A stretch of DNA of 63,176 bases, counting the filler. It is 3 parts of 3 records of this genome, joined end to end, with 100 filler letters (N's around TTAATTAATTAA, not from the genome) between each part and the next. Parts side by side here need not be neighbours in the genome. Positions count along the whole stretch, not along the records: positions 27,076 to 55,520 come from SRR2962707_775; 2 more parts are not named here. One strand, 5' to 3'. The first letter of the stretch is position 1. Every line of letters starts with the position of its first letter. Position numbers and translations under genes: made by a program. Shown here piece after piece: positions 37,589 through 47,702 of this stretch. Below the pieces are notes generated by a model that searched no databases, was not told where the DNA came from, and worked only from the letters and a program-made list of their open reading frames with translations.

Positions 37589-38152
37589 TCAGGCCGCTTT
37601 ATCAAGTGCCGTTTGCAAAGCCGCCACTGCAGTCTCCAGTTCAGCCTGAAGATCCGGTGAGGACAAGTTGCCAGACTCGCTGTCAAAGAATTCAGAAAAG
37701 GGACCAAACTGAAAACCTGCCGCAATATTGGCCCCGAAGAATGGAAAGCTTGCCATAGCGGCCCCATGCACATGTTGCCCGCCACCCGGGCCAGGCGATG
37801 TTGCCATCAAAAGCATAGGTTTCTTCTGGAACATCTGCATTTCGATCCGGCTACACCAGTCGAATATGTTCTTGAACGCTGTTGCATAGCTGCCGTTATA
37901 TTCCGCCAGCGATATGATCAGCCCGTCCGCGCCGCCGATTTTCGCGAAAAAATCCAACGCCTGCTGCGGGATACCGGCGGCTTGGCGTTCGGTGCTATAG
38001 ATCGGCATTTCGTAATCGTTCAGATCAAGCACCTCTATCTGAACAGGCGTTGCCGCCTCTAGGGTTTCAGCAGCGTGGACGGCAAGGCGCTTGTTAATCG
38101 ATTTTGTGCTGTTACTGCCAGCGAACACGACGATCTTATGGGACGATGTCAT
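37589..38152 (-). CDS. NAD(P)H-dependent FMN reductase
   Basis: AGSNSTKSIN, EYNGSY, KNIFDW.SR, ATSPG.GG motifs. Confidence 0.9.
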   Translation of the reverse strand: MTSSHKIVVFAGSNSTKSINKRLAVHAAETLEAATPVQIEVLDLNDYEMPIYSTERQAAGIPQQALDFFAKIGGADGLIISLAEYNGSYATAFKNIFDWCSRIEMQMFQKKPMLLMATSPGPGGGQHVHGAAMASFPFFGANIAAGFQFGPFSEFFDSESGNLSSPDLQAELETAVAALQTALDKAA

Positions 38153-38176
38153 CGGTTTCTCCTGATAAATGTGAAT

Positions 38177-38542
38177 TTAGGCTGCCGGGCGACCAAGCGT
38201 TTCGTTGATCTGGTCACGGTGCAGATAGATGACAGCGGTACAGATCAGGCCAAGGATAACGGCAGGGATGCCTTCTGCGGCGCCAAGGATAAACAGGTGG
38301 GCCAAAACCGCGCCGACCATGGTTCCACCAAGAACGGAGGCTGCAAGAACCTGACGGCGTGGTAGCCACAACAGCAAAGCTCCGCCAACTTCGATGAGAC
38401 CTGTCACATAGCGGAACCATTGTCCGACACCGATGGCATCATAGGTTGCGATCATCATTTCGGCGCCAGCTAGTTTCGCGAGACCAGCACCAACAAAAGC
38501 GATTGTAAGAAGGGCGCGAAGGCCAATGGAGAGATATTTCAT
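38177..38542 (-). CDS. DoxX family membrane protein
   Basis: AG.AKL.G, WFRYVTGLIEVGG, MVGAVLAHL; start trimmed to the ATG at 38542. Confidence 0.85.
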   Translation of the reverse strand: MKYLSIGLRALLTIAFVGAGLAKLAGAEMMIATYDAIGVGQWFRYVTGLIEVGGALLLWLPRRQVLAASVLGGTMVGAVLAHLFILGAAEGIPAVILGLICTAVIYLHRDQINETLGRPAA

Positions 38543-38607
38543 GGTTTTTCGATCCAAGTGTGTTTGTTCTGTTGCCATTAAAATATATTGCCGCATAATG
38601 TGACGCA

Positions 38608-38647
38608 ATGCGCGATTTTCAGCGATTAATGCGCGGAAAGTGTACAT
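38608..38647. promoter_or_regulatory. Possible tandem LysR binding sites
   Basis: ATGCGC-N7-AGCGAT and ATGCGC-N7-GTACAT, 21 bp apart, between the divergent doxX and lysR genes. Confidence 0.4.
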
Positions 38648-38654
38648 AGAGATC

Positions 38655-39536
38655 ATGGATAAATGGACGGAATTGCGCACGGCTTATCATGTTGCAAAGC
38701 TTGGAACCGTCAGCGCGGCGGCACAGGTGCTGAGCCTTCACCGTGCGACGGTGAACCGCCATATTGACCTGCTAGAGGCCGAGATTGGTGGCAAGATTTT
38801 TATCCGACACGCGCGCGGCTATACGCTGACTGAAATCGGGCAAGACGTTTTAAGGGTGGCGCAGAAGACCGACGAACTGATCAATGACCTGACAGGGCGC
38901 GTCCAAGGCGGGAAAACCCAGATTGAGGGCGAGATCAAGCTCACAATGCTTGCGCCTTTTGCTGGGTTACTTATGAGCGGAATTGCGCAATTTCGCGCTC
39001 AGAACCCGCAGTGTTTGGTGCACATTGATGTGAGTGAAGATCTGGCAAAGCTGGAATACGGTGAAGCCCACATCGCGCTGCGCGCTGGGGCCCAGCCGGA
39101 TCACCCGGACTATGTTGTCACGCCATTCGGCGATGTCAGATTTAACTTATATGCCCACAAAAGTTACATCGCGCGTCATGGTCTGCCCGTTGATCTCGAT
39201 GACTTGCCTAACCACACATTCATTTTGCCGCAATTTCCGCATGATCGACTACCTTTTGCGTCGTGGATCCAGGACCACATTCGTCCTGACATGGTCGCAT
39301 TGTCATCCCGCGACATCTGGGTCACAGCCGAAGCGATTTTGGCCGGAATAGGTCTTGGATTTGTCAGCGACGCCGAAGCGCAAAGGCGGGGCAATCTTCG
39401 GCCGGTGCTTCCGCCCAATCCCGATTGGGGCGTGACGGGATGGCTGGTAACCCATGTGGACCTGCACCGCACAGAAAAGGTACAAGCCATGTTAAGATGT
39501 GTCAGAGCAACAAGGACGTCTAATCCGATGCTATAA
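38655..39536 (+). CDS. LysR family transcriptional regulator
   Basis: MDKWTELRTAYHVAKLGTVSAAAQVLSLHRATVNRHIDLLE helix-turn-helix; divergent from doxX-FMN reductase-LLM. Confidence 0.93.
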   Translation: MDKWTELRTAYHVAKLGTVSAAAQVLSLHRATVNRHIDLLEAEIGGKIFIRHARGYTLTEIGQDVLRVAQKTDELINDLTGRVQGGKTQIEGEIKLTMLAPFAGLLMSGIAQFRAQNPQCLVHIDVSEDLAKLEYGEAHIALRAGAQPDHPDYVVTPFGDVRFNLYAHKSYIARHGLPVDLDDLPNHTFILPQFPHDRLPFASWIQDHIRPDMVALSSRDIWVTAEAILAGIGLGFVSDAEAQRRGNLRPVLPPNPDWGVTGWLVTHVDLHRTEKVQAMLRCVRATRTSNPML

Positions 39537-39777
39537 GCAATGACGCCCACGTACAGGCCGGAATATTGCTGGTGCGTAAGCACTGGCGTTACGCATCAAG
39601 TCTTTGACGTTGGTTCACTGGGCAAGTGTGCCCGTCGTGTCTGCGTGCAGACGCGACTTCTGCATTAGTTGTGCTCACTCAAGCGGTCCAGCGCCTTGCC
39701 GATACGCGAGTAGCCTTTTGAGAGCGGCGCGATCACTTGCGCCTCCGTTGTTCCGATACTTTCGATAGGTCGGAGCC

Positions 39778-40464
39778 TTAAGCCTCCACGACGACGCTTT
39801 CGACACTGTCGTCAATTGTCTGAACAGCCGTCAGGCACTGGTTCAACAAATAGGTAGCAACATAGTGAGCGTGGAACCGGCTTGGCGCTGCTAGGTACAA
39901 GCACCTTCCGACACGTTCTTTGCGTTTAAGCCCAGCTATCCAATTGCCAAACTGCATCGAATCCTGAGCGTATAGCAAGGTTCGCGCGATGCCCCATTCG
40001 TTGGACTCATCAAGATCCGGAGGAGCAACGTCTACGGCAGCTTTCAGGGCAACAACTTTTTGATCCGGTGCAGCCCCCTGCCCTTCCATCCGCTGTTTGA
40101 AGTCAGGACCGACCGCGCCCCACACCGTTTGCGTATCCGCCATCAACCGATCAAAATCGATCCCGTATTGGGTCACACGGCCACGGACTCCCTGTCGCTT
40201 CACGACTAGCCAACCCAAGCCGCGCAGTTTGGCCATCTCACGTTTAACTGTCCGCTCATCCACACCCCACATGCGCGCGATTTCGCGCTGACCAACTGAA
40301 AGATCATCCTGATTCCAATTGTATCGGGCGGTCACGAGCGTCATAAACCTAAGGCATAAAACCTGTCGGCCCTTGCTCTGGGATAAGGCAAATGTCCCCA
40401 ATGCGGTAAGGAGATCATATTTTAGGACGGACGCCTGAGGTCCTGTTGATTTTCTGGAAAGCAT
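39778..40464 (-). CDS. DnaA-like plasmid replication initiator (Rhodobacterales DnaA-like replicon type)
   Basis: KYDLLTALG...LRFMTLVTARYNW...VGQREIARMWGVDERTVKREMAKLR winged helix; C-terminal DnaA-N-like L.APSRFHA.YV; divergent from parAB. Confidence 0.85.
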   Translation of the reverse strand: MLSRKSTGPQASVLKYDLLTALGTFALSQSKGRQVLCLRFMTLVTARYNWNQDDLSVGQREIARMWGVDERTVKREMAKLRGLGWLVVKRQGVRGRVTQYGIDFDRLMADTQTVWGAVGPDFKQRMEGQGAAPDQKVVALKAAVDVAPPDLDESNEWGIARTLLYAQDSMQFGNWIAGLKRKERVGRCLYLAAPSRFHAHYVATYLLNQCLTAVQTIDDSVESVVVEA

Positions 40465-40705
40465 ATGCTCTCGATCTCTTTTCTTCGCCGGTGAAAGCGT
40501 TGCTCAAATTGTCGGGGACGTTGCCCCAAGTTCAGCTATGAAACGTTGCTAGTTGTGCCCTACTTCGTTTCAAACTGATTAACTCAGCGTTTTTGCGAAC
40601 TTAAATTGGATTAACGTTGAGTTGCGCGATTCTGTCAAGGGCATTCCCGCTGTAGCGTTCTGCCAAATCCTTCTTCAAATTCTAAAAAGAAGGGTATTAA
40701 AGGTA

Positions 40706-40785
40706 TAGGGGGACACTCTGACTGTCACCTTATCCGTCAATTTTGTCCCCCTATATGTAGAGGGAGCCGGTCATGTGTCCCCCTA
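40706..40785. repeat. Putative iterons/origin of the DnaA-like replicon (TAGGGGGACA x4)
   Basis: Copies at 40706-40715 (+), 40723-40732 (-, degenerate TAAGGTGACA), 40744-40753 (-) and 40776-40785 (-). Confidence 0.6.
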
Positions 40786-41011
40786 ATGCGGCGTGTTCCG
40801 CGATTTGCCGGTACCGTGGAGGTCATCGCTTAACGGCAAGTTTGCGAATCGATCTCGGTTTCGTGCCCAGTGTTCTTGGGGCAGGTTCACGTTAACAGGA
40901 CGCTAAATCATTGAAAACGGATTTTTGCGTTTTTGTTTTTGCAAGTTTGTTGAAATCGGCGTAAATGAGACTTGAAGCAGTATTAGCGTCCCCGCGGGGA
41001 CAGGAGGCAAA

Positions 41012-42316
41012 ATGTTTACGCATGAAGACCTGGCAAAAATGCAGGCACAGTCATTGCGCATGCAGGGCTACATCCGCCAGCAGACCTATTCCCCTGAGCG
41101 TGAAAAGACCTTGCGTCGGTTCTCTAGCTGGGAGGTGGCTGAGCTGATCTTTAAAGTCAACCAGTCCACTTTACGGGGCCGTTTGGCGGCGGACCCGTCT
41201 TTGCCTCAGGGGTTTGTTGAGGATGAAGGACGCCAACGATGGTACTCGCTTGAAGAGATCAACGAGATTCGGCGGCGTCTTAAGGTCAGCCGCCGCTCCC
41301 TCATGCCCAAGCGCCCCGCTGGAAAACGCGCAATTCGAGCGGCGATTGCCAACTTCAAAGGGGGGGCTGGAAAATCGACAGTCGCCTTACATTTTGCGCA
41401 TGCGGCGGCATTGGACGGCTATCGCGTATTGTGCGTTGATTTCGATCCGCAAGCGACGCTTTCTCATTCGATGGGCCTGAATGATGTCGCTGAGGAATAC
41501 ACCGTCTGGGGTATTATGGCGCGCGATCTGATCAACGAAACACGGCGGATGAACGAAGCGGCTCAGGGCGCGGAAAGCGGAACCGCCCTGCCCCAGCGAA
41601 AACTGCCGTCGTCTATCACTGACATGGGGCTTGATGGTCTACGTGTGACCGATTTTATCAAGCCGACGAACTGGCCTACGATTGATATCGTGCCAAGCTG
41701 TGCCAACGCGGCCTTTGTCGAATTCGCGTCTGCGCAGTATCGTCACGTGAACCCGGAGTGGTCATTTTTTGCAGCGGTTAGCCGGTATCTAGATTCCATT
41801 CCCGCCGATGCCTACGACATGATTATTTTCGACTGTCCACCGGCAATTGGCTACCAATCGATGAACGCGGTTTTTGCCGCAGACGTGCTGTATATTCCAT
41901 CTGGGCCGGGCTATTGGGAGTATGATTCGACGACCTCTTTCATTGGTCAATTGTCCGAAGCGCTGGAAGACTTGTCGGCCTTTGAGGGTGTTGTCCCCGC
42001 GGGGACAAATGGACTTCCCAAGGCATTTCAGGATGTCAGGTTTCTGATCACGCGCTACGAGCCGGGTAATGATTTGCACCGCGCGATGCGTTCTGCGTTT
42101 GAAAAGGTTTTTGGCGAGAGACTAACCGAGAACCCGATCGAGATGACCCGGGCTGTGGAACAATCCGGTCGTTTCCTGTCGTCGATCTATGAAACAGACT
42201 ATCGCGAATTAACGCGGGAAACCTGGCGTCGGGCACGGTCGTCCTTTGACCGGGCCTATGATGAATTTCGCGATAATCTAATCGATGCCTGGGATAAGTT
42301 GGAGGATGAGGCATGA
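41012..42316 (+). CDS. parA: Plasmid partitioning ATPase ParA
   Basis: N-terminal HTH, deviant Walker A KGGAGKST, VDFDPQATL, IFDCPPAIG. Confidence 0.92.
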   Translation: MFTHEDLAKMQAQSLRMQGYIRQQTYSPEREKTLRRFSSWEVAELIFKVNQSTLRGRLAADPSLPQGFVEDEGRQRWYSLEEINEIRRRLKVSRRSLMPKRPAGKRAIRAAIANFKGGAGKSTVALHFAHAAALDGYRVLCVDFDPQATLSHSMGLNDVAEEYTVWGIMARDLINETRRMNEAAQGAESGTALPQRKLPSSITDMGLDGLRVTDFIKPTNWPTIDIVPSCANAAFVEFASAQYRHVNPEWSFFAAVSRYLDSIPADAYDMIIFDCPPAIGYQSMNAVFAADVLYIPSGPGYWEYDSTTSFIGQLSEALEDLSAFEGVVPAGTNGLPKAFQDVRFLITRYEPGNDLHRAMRSAFEKVFGERLTENPIEMTRAVEQSGRFLSSIYETDYRELTRETWRRARSSFDRAYDEFRDNLIDAWDKLEDEA

Positions 42317-43401
42317 GCAAGAAACGTATCTTTGACATCGACTTTCCTGATGAGACCCCAATGGCCTCCCCTGCCCCAGAACCTGCTGCGGTTGAGAAAC
42401 CGTCGGAAATCCGACGTGGCCCTATGGCCAGCGCAATCTCCGAAAACGCCAATGCATTGCGTGAGCGCAAAAATGCTGAGAACGCGATCCGTGCAGAAAA
42501 TGATCAGTTGGCGCACGAGCTGGTGCGGTTAAAAAAGCAGGGTTTGATTGTTGATTTGATCGCGTTGGATGACATCCACACTGGCAAGCTTGCGCGTGAT
42601 CGATCTTCGCAACGTGATCCTGATCTGGAGGAGTTGAAGGCGTCGATCCGTGATATCGGCCTGTCTAATCCCATCCGGGTAGAGGCCAGCGAAACGGGCT
42701 TTGAACTGATCCAAGGGTTCCGCCGACTATGCGCCTATCGCGAATTGTTTGCTGAAACAGGAGATCCTGCCTTTGAAAAAATCCCGGCTGGTCTTCTGGC
42801 TAAGGGCGAGGGGTTGGAAGGTCTTTATCGGCGTATGGTCGACGAAAACCTTGTGCGACGTGACATATCCTTCGCTGAAATGGCGGAGTTGGCGCGAGCA
42901 TATGCTGCGGATGTGGACACGGACAGCGATACGATTGAAGAGGCCGTCGCAAAACTCTACGCTTCTGCCTCGCGTCAAAAGCGTAGTTACATACGCCATT
43001 TTGCGACCCTAATGGAAGCAATAGGCTCTTCTTTGAAGTTCTCGGAAGCTATTCCTAGGGCCCTTGGTCTTCAGCTTGAAAAGAAGATTTCAGAGGATGA
43101 AGACGCGGCTTCCCGAATTAGCGCGAGGCTCGAAGCACAGATGCCCGCGACAGCAGATGCTGAGATCAGTATCTTGCGAGCTATTTTGACCGAAGGTCCT
43201 GCAGTCCCCAAAGCGCCGAGTGCTGGGGCCGCGTCCAAAGTTAAGACCACGTTTCGCATGACTGTCCCCGCGGGGACAGTACGGTGCTCGGCTCAAGATG
43301 GTCGCATTGAATTGCGTGCAGATCGTGACTTTAGCGGAGAAGACCGCACTAGGTTAGAAGCCGCATTGGCAGCCTTTTTTGCAACGCTGGATGACGGGTG
43401 A
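42313..43401 (+). CDS. parB: Plasmid partitioning protein ParB
   Basis: ELKASIRDIGLSNPIRV, ELIQGFRRL, ENLVRRDISFAE; ATGA overlap with parA. Confidence 0.92.
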   Translation: MSKKRIFDIDFPDETPMASPAPEPAAVEKPSEIRRGPMASAISENANALRERKNAENAIRAENDQLAHELVRLKKQGLIVDLIALDDIHTGKLARDRSSQRDPDLEELKASIRDIGLSNPIRVEASETGFELIQGFRRLCAYRELFAETGDPAFEKIPAGLLAKGEGLEGLYRRMVDENLVRRDISFAEMAELARAYAADVDTDSDTIEEAVAKLYASASRQKRSYIRHFATLMEAIGSSLKFSEAIPRALGLQLEKKISEDEDAASRISARLEAQMPATADAEISILRAILTEGPAVPKAPSAGAASKVKTTFRMTVPAGTVRCSAQDGRIELRADRDFSGEDRTRLEAALAAFFATLDDG

Positions 43402-43805
43402 TCCAAGCGTACTGTGCGTGCAGATTGACTGATTAGGGTTGCAAGAATTGATCGGATTTTGGGTGACATTTTTCTGTCAAGACGGCGGCCGATCGGTCGG
43501 TAGGGCAGGGGGGAAAGAGTGCTTTTGGACCACGCTGTTTAGGCGAGGCCAAGGCGACTTGCATCACGAAGGCTGTGGATCGACCGTGTTTCGATGGGTT
43601 GATAAGTTTAGCCCAGAATTGACCAACCGCACTAAGAAACACTGGCTACAGTCTCAAAACCAGACCCGCAGTCTCTCATGATGAAGGAGGGTCCAACCTG
43701 GGGGCAGGTAAACTGCAAGGCCTAGCTCATCGTTCCCAATGAGGATTGCGCGGTGAAATAGACAATGCCGAGCGCTGGTGAGAAGTTTGTTCAGAAAGAT
43801 GGTGA

Positions 43806-44702
43806 TTAGTCTTCTAAACCGTCCCAAGTGACGGAGCGTAGCAGAGTAGCCTTGGCCGTATCGAGATGGGATCGCAAATAGTGTTTTGCGTCTTCCGGGT
43901 TGCGCAGCAACAAGGCTTCGATAACGCGAATATGCTCATGTGCGGCTTCGATGTTTCGCGCCTTTTCGTCCTCTTTATTCCAGAGGTAATGATAGTGGAA
44001 AATCAGTGAAATGACTTCCTGAAAACTGTCGAAAAAGCGGTTCGATGCGGCACGGTTCAAGAGCTGATGAAACTGGCTGTCGAGCTTGGGAAATTCCAAA
44101 TACTCGCTCTCGTAGTTCTCCAGAAATTTGCGATGCTCTACCAGCATCCGATAGATAGAGGGCCAGAAGGCATCATTGTCCGGTAGCTCCATCAGTTTTT
44201 CAATTGTTCGCAATTCGAACAAAAGCCGCACTTCATGTAGTTCCTCGGCATAGGTCCGTGTAAAGCCCTCAAGCACCCAGCGTTTTTGCGGCTCTTTGCG
44301 GATAAATCCGAATCGACTTAACTTGATGAGGAACTCGCGAATGGAGGTTGGGGAACACCCCAGACGGCGGGCAATCACAGCTTCTGAAAAGTGTTTTCCT
44401 GGCCGGATTTCTTCTGTGAGAATTAGGTTCATGAAGGCTGTTTCAAGGAATTCGTCCGTCGATTGAACCTCGTCCGGCGGAAAATAGTCACTTTCCACAG
44501 GCATACGTTTGACTTCCCAATCATCGCCATTTTGATCGTGAATCCCGGCCTCTTGCAGCATCGACATGACCCGACGCGCTGTATTGCGGGACACGTCCAG
44601 TGTTCGTGAAAGCTCGGACACGCTGCCCAGTTTTTGCGAAATCGCTATGCGGTCCAGGCACATGTTGTAGGCCCGTTTGAACAATCGATTGGAGCGCGCC
44701 AT
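43806..44702 (-). CDS. GntR family regulator with two HTH domains, LgoR/YjjM-like
   Basis: Two wHTH segments (ELSRTLDVSRNTARR; FSEAVIARRLGCSPTSIRE) plus FCD motif LD..FH.LL..AASN.FF...ISLIFHYHY.W, as in E. coli YjjM/LgoR. Confidence 0.82.
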   Translation of the reverse strand: MARSNRLFKRAYNMCLDRIAISQKLGSVSELSRTLDVSRNTARRVMSMLQEAGIHDQNGDDWEVKRMPVESDYFPPDEVQSTDEFLETAFMNLILTEEIRPGKHFSEAVIARRLGCSPTSIREFLIKLSRFGFIRKEPQKRWVLEGFTRTYAEELHEVRLLFELRTIEKLMELPDNDAFWPSIYRMLVEHRKFLENYESEYLEFPKLDSQFHQLLNRAASNRFFDSFQEVISLIFHYHYLWNKEDEKARNIEAAHEHIRVIEALLLRNPEDAKHYLRSHLDTAKATLLRSVTWDGLED

Positions 44703-44805
44703 GGGGTGTCCTTAATGTGTTTTTTAACTATTAAAGGCCAGTTGACCCAACCACGCAAGAGAAACTATCGATTAAAGACATTGAAATTTCGTGTGGGAGG
44801 ACACC

Positions 44806-45798
44806 ATGAAATCATCACTTTCGATGACCAAACGTGCATTTGGTCTGTGTGCCATTATGACTGCTGCAAGCTTTTCGACGGCCGCTTGGTCGCAAGAAGT
44901 CTTGAAGTTTGGTCATGTATACGAGGCTGCCACGCCTTATCACCAAGCAGCATTGCGTGCGGCGGAGGCATTTTCCGAAGCAACAGACGGCGCTTACAAA
45001 ATTGAAGTGTTTCCTGCCTCACAACTTGGCAACGAAACAGCGCTGAACGAAGCTTTGGTTTTGGGTTCGGTTGACATCATTTATACCGGCCCGTCGTTCA
45101 TGGCGCAAAGCTATGGTCCGATTTCGGTATCGGAATTCCCGTTTACATTGCGAGGCTACGATCACTGGAAATCCTATGTGACCTCGGATCTGTTCCAGGA
45201 ATTGTCACAGGGTTATACCGATGTGACAGGCAATGAAATTGTTGCGATGACCTACTACGGTTCGCGTCACGTGACATCAAACAAGCCGATCTTGACCCCA
45301 GAAGACATGAACGGTTTGAAAATTCGTACTCCGAATGCGCCGTCATTCCAGTTGTTCCCAAAAATGACTGGGGCAAACCCGACGCCGATGGCCTTTGCTG
45401 AGGTTTACCTCGCGTTGCAGCAAGGGGTTGTGGATGCGCAAGAAAATCCGCTTCCTACGATCAAGTTCAAGAGCTTTCATGAAGTGCAGTCAAACATCAA
45501 CTTGACCGGACATATCATCAACTCTCTGGCGACCGTCGTTTCCCCGTACACGATGGCAAAACTGTCCGACGAACAGCGGGCTGAGCTTAGCACTATCCTG
45601 GCAGACGCCTCTCTTTGGGCTTCGGATGAGATCGTAACGTCCGAAGGCGCACTTGTTGAGTGGTTCCGTGGGGAAGGGACGACCGTAAACGAAGTCGACC
45701 GCGCACCATTCATCGCAGCTGTGGCACCTGCTCTCACTGGCGACGATATGCCATGGGATGCATCCGTCTATACACGCCTCCAGGCGATCGAAGACTAA
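44806..45798 (+). CDS. dctP: TRAP transporter substrate-binding protein
   Basis: Signal peptide, IEVFPASQLG, YYGSRH, GLKIRTP, EVYLALQQGVVDAQENP; RBS GGGAGG. Confidence 0.93.
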   Translation: MKSSLSMTKRAFGLCAIMTAASFSTAAWSQEVLKFGHVYEAATPYHQAALRAAEAFSEATDGAYKIEVFPASQLGNETALNEALVLGSVDIIYTGPSFMAQSYGPISVSEFPFTLRGYDHWKSYVTSDLFQELSQGYTDVTGNEIVAMTYYGSRHVTSNKPILTPEDMNGLKIRTPNAPSFQLFPKMTGANPTPMAFAEVYLALQQGVVDAQENPLPTIKFKSFHEVQSNINLTGHIINSLATVVSPYTMAKLSDEQRAELSTILADASLWASDEIVTSEGALVEWFRGEGTTVNEVDRAPFIAAVAPALTGDDMPWDASVYTRLQAIED

Positions 45799-45833
45799 GA
45801 CCACATCATAACTTAAAACAAGACATGTTCGTG

Positions 45834-45859
45834 GGCCGCTTTTTTTCAAATGTGCGGCC
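45834..45859 (+). other. Intercistronic hairpin after dctP
   Basis: GGCCGC-N14-GCGGCC inverted repeat, in a position typical of mRNA-stabilising stems after binding-protein genes. Confidence 0.35.
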
Positions 45860-45889
45860 TGCGACGCCTTGATAAGGAATGGAAATGCG

Positions 45890-46411
45890 ATGCCTTCTGT
45901 CGACCGACTTAGCGAAATCATAGCCCAACAGGAATCTCTGGAAGAGCAAAATGCCCCAAGGGTTCCGTTCAAGTTTTACGACACGCCAGTTCTGATCTTG
46001 TTTCTGGCATTGTTTGCCGTCGTGTTTTTGCAGTTTTTCACACGGTATGTGCTCAACGATTCAATTGGCTGGACCGAAGAACTTGCCCGCTATTTGCTGA
46101 TCGGCATGACCTTTGTGGGCGTCGTCAAGAGTCAGATTATAGATTCCCATATTCGGCTTGATTTCATCGATTCATATGTTGGTGAATTCGCCGCGCCATT
46201 GAAAAGTTTTGCGCTGTTTGCGAGCACAGTGTTTGCGGGCATGTGTTGTTGGTCCCTCTGGGGGCTGATCCAAAGGACAAGCTTTCAGAAAATGGTCTCG
46301 ATGCCTTTCCCGAAATATTATCTCTACTACGTCGTTCTGGCGGGGCTCGTCATTCTGACCCTTGTTGCGGCAGTCCAGTTCGTGACGTCTTTGAAGTGGA
46401 AGACAAAATGA
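45890..46411 (+). CDS. dctQ: TRAP transporter small permease
   Basis: VVFLQFFTRYVLNDSIGWTEELARY, HIRLDF; start position approximate. Confidence 0.9.
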   Translation: MPSVDRLSEIIAQQESLEEQNAPRVPFKFYDTPVLILFLALFAVVFLQFFTRYVLNDSIGWTEELARYLLIGMTFVGVVKSQIIDSHIRLDFIDSYVGEFAAPLKSFALFASTVFAGMCCWSLWGLIQRTSFQKMVSMPFPKYYLYYVVLAGLVILTLVAAVQFVTSLKWKTK

Positions 46412-47685
46412 CTATTGCCCTGTTATTTATATCGCTTTTCGCGTTGATGTTACTGCGTGTCCCGATTGCGTTTGCGCTGGGGCTGTCGTCTCTGGGATAC
46501 ATTCTTATTGCCGGCCTGCCTCCGACCTTGTTGATGCATACTATGATCAACGGAATGAACAGCTTCCCTTTGCTTGCCATTCCCTTTTTCATTTTCGCAG
46601 GCGCCTTGATGAACGTATCTGGCATCACAACGCGGATTTTCGGCTTTGCCCGGTCGCTGGTCGGATGGATGCACGGAGGCCTCGGCCATGTGAACATCGG
46701 GGCCAGCATCATTTTCGCAGGTATGTCCGGCGCGGCGGTTGCTGATGCGGGCGGCCTTGGCGCGATTGAGATTAAGGCGATGCGTGAGGCTGGATATGAT
46801 GACGATTTTTCAGTCGGTGTCACGGCTGCGTCATCCACTATCGGACCTATTATTCCTCCGTCGCTCCCGCTGGTTATCTACGGGGTTATGGCATCCGTTT
46901 CTATTGGTGAGCTGTTCGTTGCAGGCATCATCCCCGGTCTGCTTATGGCCGCGGCTCTGGTCGTTATGGTGTGGTGGTACTCAAAACGCCGAAACTACCC
47001 ACGCGATGTCGCGTTTAGCGTCTCTAATGTTGGCCGGTCATTTTCAGCGGCATTCCTGCCATTGCTGACACCTGTGATCATCGTGGGCGGCATTGTCAGT
47101 GGTGCCTTTACCCCTACCGAGGCCGCAATTTGTGCTGCCGCCTATGCACTCTTGCTCGGGGCTTTGATCTACCGAACATTGACGCTCAAAATCTTTGTAC
47201 GGATTTCGATGGAGACAATTGAGACGACCGCATCTGTGATGTTGATTGTTGGTGCTGCCTCGGTATTTGCGTGGATTTTGACCGCCAATCAGGCTGCGGC
47301 TCAATTTGCCGAACTTTTGCTGGGTCTCACCGAAAACAAGAACGTTATCTTGCTCATCATCATGCTGGTTGTTCTGATCATCGGCCTGTTCATGGAGACG
47401 ATCGCGGCGATCTCGATCCTTGTGCCGGTGTTACTGCCTGTGGCCGTTCAGGTTGGGATCGATCCTGTACATTTGGGCATTATTGTGATCCTTAATCTGA
47501 TGATTGGCCTGCTTACGCCTCCGGTCGGAATGGTTCTGTTTGTGCTGTCAAAGGTGTCAGATGTGCCGTTCCAACAATGTGTGCGGGCAACAATGCCGTT
47601 TCTTGTCCCACTGGTCGGTGTGCTTCTGCTGCTCACCTACGTTCCTGATCTGACCATGTTCCTGCCGGAACTCCTATACCGCTAA
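46408..47685 (+). CDS. dctM: TRAP transporter large permease
   Basis: SFPLLAIPFFIFAG, GMSGAAVADA, GPIIPPS, FTPTEA, GLLTPPVG; ATGA overlap with dctQ. Confidence 0.95.
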   Translation: MTIALLFISLFALMLLRVPIAFALGLSSLGYILIAGLPPTLLMHTMINGMNSFPLLAIPFFIFAGALMNVSGITTRIFGFARSLVGWMHGGLGHVNIGASIIFAGMSGAAVADAGGLGAIEIKAMREAGYDDDFSVGVTAASSTIGPIIPPSLPLVIYGVMASVSIGELFVAGIIPGLLMAAALVVMVWWYSKRRNYPRDVAFSVSNVGRSFSAAFLPLLTPVIIVGGIVSGAFTPTEAAICAAAYALLLGALIYRTLTLKIFVRISMETIETTASVMLIVGAASVFAWILTANQAAAQFAELLLGLTENKNVILLIIMLVVLIIGLFMETIAAISILVPVLLPVAVQVGIDPVHLGIIVILNLMIGLLTPPVGMVLFVLSKVSDVPFQQCVRATMPFLVPLVGVLLLLTYVPDLTMFLPELLYR

Positions 47686-47702
47686 GTAATAAGGACGACA
47701 CC

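Noticed and set aside
36497-39536. LLM oxidoreductase + FMN reductase as the missing hydroxylase of the catabolic cluster
   Set aside because: They form a separate LysR/DoxX module with no visible copy of the TetR operator; proximity is the only support.
40601-40615. CtrA box in the origin region
   Set aside because: The spacing is TTAA-N6-TTAAC, not the canonical N7.
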